This document shows positions 54,201 to 64,000 of a stretch of 64,000 nucleotides of DNA, in pieces; within the stretch, counting starts at the first letter, position 1, and every line of letters begins with the position of its first letter. Where the stretch lies: positions 2,914,001 through 2,978,000 of the forward strand of contig NEEC01000013.1 of assembly GCA_002189035.1 (NCBI GenBank), read 5' to 3'. Both the position numbers and the translations under genes were made by a program. The notes beneath the pieces were generated by a model. The model was not told where the DNA came from. It did not search any database and saw only the letters and a program-made list of their open reading frames with translations. Source of the DNA: Utricularia gibba. Lineage: Eukaryota; Plantae; Magnoliophyta.

Positions 54201-56866
54201 AGATGCGGCTTAGAGATGGCTGTCCTCTCTGCAGTTGCAAACAAGCATGATCGAAGCTTGTTGGATATAATTCACCCATCACATCCAGTGCTGTACACCC
54301 GTTCATCTGCTGTTCCAATTTGCGCTCTTATAGACTCATATAAAAGCCCCAAAATGACAGCTCTTACTGCATCATCACTTGTTGAAGAGGGTTTTACTAC
54401 CATAAAAATAAAGGTAAGAGCAACACCATGGTGAGATTGCTTGAAGTGTCATTCTTCTAATAGACCAAAAAGTACAATTCAAGGATAGTTTTGATTTCCG
54501 CATACACGAAGAGCTTATCTTACACAATTTCTGTTAGGTTGCTCGTGGGAAAGATCCTGATGAGGATATTGCTGTAATACGAGAGGTGAGAAAGGAAGTT
54601 GGTGAGCGTATCTCTCTCCGAGCAGATGCAAATAGGAAATGGACTTACGCTGAAGCTGTTAGGTTTGCATCTGGTGTCAGGGACTGCAACCTGCAGTATA
54701 TTGAGGTATGCAGTATGTTCTCTCAAGGCATACTTGTAGATAAGTTTTCTCGTTTAAACTCTATTTTTCTTTTCTGTTCTACACCATTTAGGAGCCAGTT
54801 GAAAATGCCGATGACATTGTGAAATTCTGCGAAGAAACAGGCCTACCGGTGGCACTGGATGAAACATTAAACCATATAATGGAGGATCCTCTTGCAGTCC
54901 TTGAGAAATACCATCATTCAAGAGTAGTTGCACTTGTGAGTTTTAGTGAATAGAAGAAATGCTAATGTAATGCCATCTTAAGTTTGTAACCTCATTCAGC
55001 TTCTTTTAGCTTATGGCAGGTTCTCAAGCCTAGTGTTCTTGGGGGTTTCGAAAATACAGCAACTATAGCACGATGGGCGCACCAGCAAGGGAAAATGGCT
55101 GTTGTTAGTGGAGCATTTGAAAGTGCCCTTGGCTTATCAGCCTACATCCAACTCGCTTGTTTTCTTGACCAGCAATGCGCAGAGATCCGTCAGATGATGA
55201 ACAAAGAGCCAGTGTCTCCAGCAGTACATGGTTTTGGAACCTACAAGTGGTTTAAGGAAGAAGTGGCCACTGAGGCACTGAATATCCGATACAACCCAAC
55301 ACATTGCTGTGTGGAAGCTGATGCTGTCGAAGCTGGAGATTTCCTCCGAAAATTTCAAATAAATTCTCAGTTAGTTTCTAGGAGCTTTATTCCAGAACAA
55401 GTTAAGGAATATGCATTAACATTTGGCAGGAAGGAAGGCTCCTTCTCCATCAGGGTGCTTGAAGCCGGTGAAAATATCAAGGTGCGCTAACTCACGTTCT
55501 GTAAAATGGTATTCTGTTGGATGTTTGTGCATATTCAAATTTTCAATCAAGGAAGATACATATTTTTTGATAAATTTGATGTACCATTTTGCCTATTGAT
55601 GCATCTCACTTTGTAATATGGTCTCATCTTCCCTTGCTGCTACTGCAGGGAAGTGTAGTCGTTTTCATTCATGGCTTTCTGGGATGTAGTGATGACTGGA
55701 TTCCTATAATGAAGGCGATCTCAAGTTCCAACAGGTGCATAGCATTTGACCTCCCGGGCCATGGAGGATCAAAGCTTCAACAATTTTCTGACACTCCTCC
55801 GGAATTTTCAATGGAGGTGATGACTGATATTCTATGCAAGGTGTTGAGGGAATTAGCTCCTGGAAAGGTTACCCTGGTGGGGTATTCAATGGGAGCCAGA
55901 ATCTGTCTACACGCCGCACTAAGCTTTAGCAGCAAGGTACACAAAATGCTTTTTTTTCAGGGCAGGCACACCTTACCCCTATCCTTGATGCTGAGTTACA
56001 TCCATTCTCTGCGCTCTTTCAAAGACAATATCATTCAGTTTTCATTCCTAACGGGATCTATATTATTATTTGGCATACAAGGTTGAAAGAGCTGTGGTAA
56101 TTTCTGGAAGTCCCGGTTTGATAGACAATGAGGCAAGAGTCCTCCGCCAGAGAAAAGATGACTTCAGAGCCGGTATTCTTGTCTCAAATGGCTTGGATTA
56201 TTTTACAGGGTCCTGGTATGCTGAAGATCTCTGGGCAAGGTCAGCAGTTTTCTTTGCTCTCACTGCGCACGCCTTCTTCTATTACCATTTCTCTGGTCAT
56301 TTCTTGGATTTGAAGCAAGTTTTACCATAGAATAATGCCACGAAATATCTGCAAAAAATTTTGTTAAATAAAACAAGGCCTTGTTTTATGATAAGAATTT
56401 ATGAACTGCGTCCTTCCAAATTCTCATTGTGCAGTTTTAGAAGTCATCCAATCTTCAAACAGACAGTGGTAAAACGTGTACAGCACAAAGACTTGCACAA
56501 TCTTGGGAGAGTTCTAAGGGACATGAGCATTGGGAGACAACAGTAAGTGCCCCTTTTCCTGGAATTCAACAACTGCACATTGCACTGAAGCTCTTCCTTT
56601 TTACGCAATCTCTTGAAAATAGGCCATTATGGGGAGATTTGAAGCACTGCAAGGTTCCTCTTCAGATTGTCGTTGGAGAGAAGGATACTAAGTTCAAGAA
56701 AATTGCGCATGCAATGCACAAACGTATCATCCAGGAAAATGTCAATGCTAATGTCATTGATTCACTCAAGGTTGTTGGAATCCCAAGTGCTGGCCATGCT
56801 GTCCACCTTGAGAATCCTCTTGCTCTTATAACTGCTATAAGACAATTCATGCTATCATTTGATTGA
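48202..56866 (+). CDS. PHYLLO: PHYLLO: phylloquinone biosynthesis fusion (truncated MenF, MenD, MenC, MenH), about 28 exons
   Basis: Transit peptide; MenF remnant [16 protein letters not shown]; Men[40 protein letters not shown]; MenC KIKV, RADAN, IEEP, ALDE, LKP; MenH HGFLG, GYSMG, GHAVHLE. All junctions in frame except exon 3/4, which needs a downstream acceptor. Confidence 0.96.
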
Positions 56867-57107
56867 GATAACTCCGGTGTCTACATTGGAAAACAGTGAA
56901 AAGCATCATATTAATAATGATTTGGATTGGCTTTGAAATGTGCCCCTAATGTGTTACGCTTGTAAGCAGTGCTGTAATCTACAAGGTGCAGTGAAATTAT
57001 GAATCAATGAACAAGGCAATAATCTACAGCGTATTACAACAAGCAGTCGCAATTCTTATCCTAAGAATTGTGATACTCAAAGCTAAGGGAGATCACCCAC
57101 TTTTCCA

Positions 57108-59285
57108 CTAATCTACAGGTTTCACCCTTCTGTAATACAAATGAGCAGCTAAAACTGAGAGCAGAAGAACAATTGCCATGTACATAGACCTACTTCGAAA
57201 TGCATGACTTTCTACTGAGCTTCCTGTGTTGTGGATAGTGCCTCGCTTTGTAGTTGAAAATTCTAAAGACCCTGTTCCACCATCTTTATCTGAGGAAGTG
57301 GCCCCACCGGCAGGCTTTTGCACCTATTTGGCATATGCACAAAAATGAGATTACAGGAACTAGGATTCTTGAAGAGAAAAATTTGTGACAAAAATGCATA
57401 AGTGTACAGTTCCATGGCTGGAAAAGGATCCAACCTCAGAACTTAATGATGAGATCCCGGTCACGGTGGCCTGAGGCTGAGACGTGGAGGCGATGGCTGG
57501 TAGAACTTTTCTATCCTCCGCTGCATGCCGTTCAGGTGGCGAAAATATGGATGCATCTTTTAGCTCCTTCCATGACCTCTCCCTCAATAGTTTGTTCTCT
57601 TTTGTCAATGCGGCCAACTGCACTGAATTGACTCAGTTGTTTCACTTACTTTCCCTGCAGACTCATGCAAAATATAGAAGCTTTAGAGAAAGTTGAGAAA
57701 GCACACCTTCTCATGAATTCGCTCTCTTTCTACCGCCAACTGTAAGACCATATCCATGATTGTTGTGCTCCTACTGTTCAATTCTTGCACACAATACACT
57801 TTCTGCAGAGTGGCTCGGTCCAATGAAGTCTGTGTGAACTCCATCTTAGATCTCAGAACATCAAGTTCTTTACTGAGTTCAGAATTCTTTTCAGACAAAA
57901 TTACACATCTTTCCCGGGCATCATCAGCGTTAAGTTCAGCTTTAGAAACCTTTTGTTTCAACTCATCTATTAAAGTTTCCATGTCAAAAATTGCTGAGTA
58001 CAGCATATTCTGCTGCTCTAGATTAGCTTCAGATGATGCCCTTGCATGCTGCAGTTCGATATCCAACTCCCGCACCTGCTTCTGAAGTATGCTCGCTTTT
58101 TTCTCTATGGTGTCATTACTACCTTTCAGAAAATCAAGCTCTTCCGTCAGTTCAAGGTTTGATTCTGATAGGTGAGCAACTTTTTCCTCAGCAGCAGCTG
58201 CACGACTCTCTGCTGCAAATAGGCTCTCCCTGAGAGAAGTCTTGGCCTCCTCTAGCTGTGATTCATTTTCTCCAAGCTTCACTTCAAGCATGTTAATTCT
58301 TTCTCTCATGCCAATTAGCTCACCATTATCAGCCACCGGTTGCACAATTCCCCTATTCAGGTCCTCTACTGAAGCATCTAATTCCATTCCAGATGAACTG
58401 CCCCAACCCCTAGTTCCAGCTGAATGAATTTTCATCACCAGCTCTTTTGATATCCCCATCCATATTGCAGCTGCATTATCTGCCTCCAAGAATCTAGCCC
58501 AAGCGGCCTCTGCAGCCCCTTCCATGCCAGCGGAAACTTGTTCTTTTAAGGTGATCTTTAACATTAAATCTTCTTCTTTTTGCTTGAGCTCAGATAACGA
58601 CTTTTCAAGTTCCATCTCCTTCAAAAGAGATATTTCCAACATTCTGAGGGCTTGCCTTCTTTCACCTGCCGGAGCTTCTGGTGAGCATTCTGAAGAAGCC
58701 AGCTGAAGATCCCGTTCCACTCTCATGCCCCAGCTGAATGCTTCTGTTATTAATACAAAGTTCATTAAAAAGTGTCAAAAGCATGCACACACATAAAAAA
58801 GGGGACAGCCGTAGGAACATACGATCATTGTGTCTGAAGAGCACTGAAGTCATCTTCAACTTGAGCAATTGAATGCTCATCCGCAGGACGCGCTCTTGCC
58901 AACGTGCAAGTAAAACTTTTGACTCATGAAATTTGTTTGTCACTCCAACAAGAAAATCTGGCAAGATGACATATGCAGATGCTCTGCGAATTGTCTCCAA
59001 AATTCCATCTTGAATATCAGTTAGGTAATTGTCCAGCTCCTTCAACTCAAAAATCAGTATGGCGAAAAGTAGGCAAAATGCAGAGGCCTTTTCTATGACA
59101 TCTGGTGATACATTCCATTCTTCCACACCCTCACCTTTGATATCACTTTCTATGGAAAGGACCAGAACCAAGAGGTTCTCCAAACTCGATAACTTTTCAG
59201 GCAAACAGGCTAGAGCTGTATCCACTTCATTTGAGAATTTAAAGAGCTCATCTGAGTTGCCATTCCACTCTTCATCACCCGCCAT
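57108..59285 (-). CDS. WIT2: WPP domain-interacting tail-anchored protein (WIT1/WIT2-like), nuclear-envelope coiled coil
   Basis: Exons 59285-58823, 58743-57707, 57617-57435, 57323-57108. LRMLEISLLKEMELEK, FLEADNAA, AESRA, QQNMLYSAIFDMETLI, C-terminal TM MYMAIVLLLSVLAAHLY. Confidence 0.9.
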
Positions 59286-60161
59286 CCTACTACGAGGTTA
59301 TGTTTAACTGTGAACACAAAAGCCAGAGGATTTAGAGAGCTATCCCTTGCACTAGATAAAAATCAGATAACTTTGAAAACAAACCACTCTGAAGTAGGAC
59401 AAGAGGCATTAAGGCTATTTCAAGCATCATAGTATACATTCTGAACAATGACTACAATTTTCAAAGTAAACAAGCATTCTTTTACCAGTTGAAGCAAGTA
59501 CGACAATCCATCGCGAAGAAAACAATAACACGCTTTAGAGAAAACCAACTGAATTGACTATCAACCCAGCTCCCAAAAATCAAAAAGCTTGCATCTTTCA
59601 CCAAGGCAGCCCCGTATCTCGCAAAAATATCTTGTGGGTATTTCGTAACTGACATCCAAACGAATAAAACGAAACACCCATACCTGGAGTCAGTGATTTG
59701 ACTAGTTCGCCATTGTAGAAGACTCCACGAACCAGCTTCCCGGGCACCGAAAATACGATAACTTACACGCTATGAAGAACGCCATAGAAACCCATGTCAA
59801 CTTCATTTCCGGTAATCAGTGGGTTGAACGATTACTACTGACCAAATGATTAGGATAATGGCTACAGAAAAACGCCATTTGAGCGACCATTGTCTCCATC
59901 CTCAACGAGCCTAACCCTGTCGGTTGTCACGTGCTCACCCCTCCTTTTTTTCCGTTTTTTTCCTCCAAAAAAAGATTATTTCCCATATAATTATAATGCA
60001 TTTTAAAAATAAAAAATTAATTTTGAAGCATGAAAAATAACTGCAAAAAGTCTTTTTTTTTCCTGAAGTCGAATTTCCAAAATATTAATTCGGATATATA
60101 GAAATTAATTGTCCAATCACATGATATCAATTGGCCAATGGAGTGACCAATTAATGCACAC

Positions 60162-60176
60162 TAGGGTTTAGGGTTT
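60162..60176 (+). promoter_or_regulatory. Double telo-box (TAGGGTTTAGGGTTT) followed by a strong splice donor
   Basis: Two plant telomere-type units; CCAAT motifs just upstream (about 60113-60151); AG|GTATGT at 60180/60181. Confidence 0.6.
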
Positions 60177-62155
60177 CTAGGTATGTGATTTCGAAGCACG
60201 ACGACATTTACAAGCTAGCTTTTGATCAGATTTTCCCACAGGTGCATTGGTAAGATTGTAGAAATACGACATCCAATTAAGAACTTTCATTCTTACATAG
60301 AAATATTTCCTCTTCTTACATCGAATCCCACGCTGGGCTTGTAAAGTTTAAGACTTTGCGTGCAAGTAAATTAGTATGTGTTAGGAGTTCATTGGGTAGA
60401 CAGCAGAGGTGCCAGTCATATGGGCATTTTAGAAAGTATTATTGCGAGCCACTCCACACTTGGGCTCTAGTTAGTTCGCTTTGCTGTTTATCGTAGATGA
60501 CGAGAGGCCATGATTTTGAGATTTCTAATTGACTCCTTCAATGGTGTGTTGCGTAGGTGTACCGGAGGAGGATGTTATATCGTGTTTATTTTGTTACGCC
60601 TGTGCGGAAACAAAACAGGCAAATGGTGAAAGTAGTGTAATCGAAGTGTCTTTTTGGGTTTAGTTACTTGTGATTGTTGTACGGTTTTGTTTTGACTCTG
60701 GAGCTCTATGTGACTTCAATTACCCAGTTCTGACTCTTCTATGATTGTTCTTACCAGGTTCCACATCAAGTTGCACAGATAAATCTATTCCCTCCTACAC
60801 AAGGACGCTCTACTTGACCAATGGATGGACCGATTATAGGACAATTCGGTCTTCATTGGATGGAATTCTGTCTAACCAGAGCCATGAATTTAAAAGCTAC
60901 CCACCCTACTACCCGAAAACAGACAAACCGAACGATGTAGAGTCGATTCAGTGGTAAAGAATGAATAGTGAGGAGTGCCCAACTTTTGATTCATGGTGGA
61001 TATGTGCTGGACCCAGAAAGATAAGAGTAAAATCGTGAACTTGACACCCGTAGCCACTTGGTGGCTGCTCTAGTAGTATCCATGGTCTACCTTTCGAAGA
61101 AAGCTTATAACGAAGGAATCTTCAGTCCCCTGTAGGATGGGGTATCACCAGGCTAATGATGAAGAGCTGCCTCGTTTTTTAGACAAAGCGTCGAGACATA
61201 AATGCTGCATCTTTAGAGTAAATAACTCCCATTTTTGTTGTTTTCCTGGTTGTCGTTCCGCCATTCCATTCATTCAACTTTACTCATCCCTTCCCTTCGT
61301 CTTCTCCATTGCTCTTCCTCTCCCCAACTTTATTGCGCTCATAAATTCACTGTACAGTGCGTAGTACAGGTAGCAGCCTCGCCTCGCCTCGCCTCGACTA
61401 CGTACAGTAACCTTGTGGCCAGAGCCCAGAAGTTCAATTTTTTGATAAGTAGAAAGCATCTATTCGTTAGGAGTTTCAAGTACATGGGCTTTTAAAAGGA
61501 GTCTGCAATCTGAAATGGGTACCTTTTCTTTCTTTTGCCCACTTTCGCCTCTGTTTCCACAGTGCAGTGGTCACTTTATCCTCTCTCAGACCAAAGGCTT
61601 TTATTTCTATATGAGTAAATGCGTGCGTTGATGGTATTTATGGCCATGAATTAATGTTCCTGTTTTTGTTGACTGGTTTGGGTTCTGAACACTCTTCACC
61701 CATTTACTGGGTCCATTGCCCGCGTTTTTTTTTCTGGGCATTAATGGGTTGTGGTGCTTTAATTTCAGTGAACCACTTAGGGAATAGTGCTGGAAGTAGT
61801 GCAGAGTGTTGGCGTTCTCATTGCACATTTCTGGTTCCTTCTCTAGTTTCTTTCAATTCATGCATCATAAATCTGGATGTGTGTTATGACTTGCAATCTG
61901 TCCGGCTTTATCATAAAGAGTACGTTGTATATTGTTAAGAGTTATTGGCTCTGATTTCATCAGAAACTCCTCGCCTTCTCCTTAGGTCCTGAGGTTTAAA
62001 ATAGACCCAATAGCAGCGTATGTTGTTTTGTGAGTTACTTCGGCCAGGGCAGTCTATGCCTTGGTTAGTTGGTTGCTTCAATTTGTTTGCTTTCAGGGTG
62101 GCTTTTGATTCTCACAAGCACTTGAATTGTATGCTACTGTTTTTGTGCAGAGGAA

Positions 62156-64000
62156 ATGGATATGATGGCTGGAAAAGATGCCGAGCTCCAGCAAGAGGGT
62201 AACAAACCAGTGAATTATCAGAACATCACCAATGCTTCAATGGCTTCAGTGGGAAACACAGCGATGGATTTATCTGCTTCTTCAGCTGCTCCAATGATTG
62301 ATTCATTTGGACCTTTCGTATGGGAGCATCGTTTGGATGCTCCGAACTTTGGCTACTCCGATATGAACTTTCATGATGCTGCCACTTCTATTAGTTCTCC
62401 TTCCATAAGAGCTGATATGGGACTACACCAAGATCTGGCTTTCACAAAGGACATTCCTCAACCGAGTTTTCCCACTATTATGTCTCAGAGGGTACCTCAT
62501 CTTCCAACTGATTCAGATTTCATTGAACGAGCTGCGAGGTTGTCATCATTCGGAGGGACTTTTGCACAAATGTTGATCCCTTTTCCTCATCCTCAGTCGA
62601 TGAATCCGTTTGCTTTGAAACCAGCGACTGGAATGCAGTCCCAAAGGGATGAAAAAGACGTAGCTGAAGATCGAAAATTTCTCAAGAATGGTACCACTTG
62701 TGGAAGCCTTTTTGTGAAGCATTTCGATGAGGCAAAATGTGGAGCTGGTGTTTATGGAAATGAGTCTGATGATGCTGAACATAGCCAGGAGAGGCAGCTG
62801 AACGACATGGAGGAGAATTCGATTCCAAAAGGACTCGACTCTAAAAAGAAAAGGAAGCATGCTGAACAGGTTTACATTGTTCATCATTCATCAGATATCA
62901 TAATGCTTAATATTTTAGTAGAATCCACACAATCTGATGAAAATCCGCAAAGAATAGAGTAGCATTCGATTATGCAGTGAGTCAAATACCTTGGTTTTCC
63001 AGGATAAAAATAAAGAAGCTGTGAAGCTAGAGTTTGAAAGAAAGAAGGAAAGTGAGGACACAAAACCAATCGGTGGGAAAAATCTAACCACAACAAGTGC
63101 CTTTGGAGGCAAGCATGCCAAAACTCAATGCTCAGATCTTCCAAAAGAAGGTTATGTTCATATTAGAGCGAGAAGAGGCCAGGCAACGAACAGCCATAGT
63201 CTTGCCGAACGAGTGAGGATCCCTCAAACTTGAACATTTGTTAAAGAAGGCTGTATTCATTCATATTTCCAATATAATGCAGGTAAGAAGGGAGAAGATC
63301 AGTGAAAGGATGAAGTTTCTTCAGGACCTTGTGCCTGGTTGTAATAAGGTATGAAAATCATCATGTACGTTAATTTAATCGTGATAGATGAGTTAAGCTT
63401 TTGCTCCAAGGAACTCATTTCAAACCAGTTTGACAACTCGTTGAACCTAAAGTGGTCAGCTTTCAGGTTCAAAGAGAAATTTGGTTTATGAAACAAATTG
63501 ACGAAACACATGTTGTTTTAACTGATGTCCAAGTTTTCAGGTCACTGGCAAAGCTGTGATGCTTGATGAAATTATCAATTATGTTCAATCACTACAGCGA
63601 CAAATTGAGGTGCTGAACTCTTCCAAACATTTAAGGCATCAGCTTATCTTGTCATGAATTTGAGATGAAGATAGCTGTCTTTACTAGTTCATCACTGCTC
63701 TGTTTCAGTTCCTATCGATGAAACTCGCCACCGTGTATCCTCATATGGACGTTAACCTTGAAGAATATGCATCCAAAAATGTAAGAATCCATGTTTAAGC
63801 ACTCCCAACAAGTGATTTCCCTTGCTTTGTTATGGTTCGACAGGTGTGAGGTGCGCTATCTTTGCAGGGATTTCAAAGCCACTCTGCGGAAGCTCCCTTT
63901 CCTGCTGCACTTCACTCCCCACAACACGGATTAACGCAGATGGGAACTTCGCCCTTAATCATCCGAACACCGATGAACCTTCTGCCTGATTTAGAATGTG
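62156..64000 (+). CDS. CIB/BEE-subfamily bHLH transcription factor (bHLH49/CIL1-like); 3' end beyond the window
   Basis: [88 protein letters not shown] across GT-AG exons (62156-62869, 63003-63212, and further exons). Confidence 0.95.

Overview
Eukaryotic nuclear DNA from a very gene-dense eudicot genome: 18 recognisable protein-coding loci in 64 kb, most introns 60-130 nt, several intergenic gaps under 300 nt, and no intact transposon, rRNA, tRNA or CRISPR. Gene order: kinesin-7 (5' part, -), PP2C (+), Golgi alpha-mannosidase II (+), class II LBD (+), PRP4 kinase (+), small GTGVFIP-motif protein (+), PERIANTHIA-like TGA bZIP (-), aspartic protease (-), HHO/NIGT1 GARP factor (-), WIP6/DOT5 zinc finger with a frameshift (+), MIZ1-like DUF617 pseudogene (-), importin-9 (-), disrupted DUF740-like gene (-), small membrane protein (-), Cpn60beta4 (-), PHYLLO (+), WIT (-) and a CIB-type bHLH (5' part, +). 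Gene models were spliced by hand and family calls come from recalled homologue sequences, not database searches. I found no clearly new biological system. The best leads are: (1) a frame break in the dead MenF module of PHYLLO that only a downstream tandem acceptor can rescue; (2) a 221-nt head-to-head promoter shared by PHYLLO and Cpn60beta4; (3) a two-donor by two-acceptor splice switch with PTC isoforms in the splicing kinase PRP4K; (4) a U12 AT-AC intron in importin-9; (5) three disabled developmental genes within 12 kb; (6) two promoter-like regions with splice signals but no recognisable gene.
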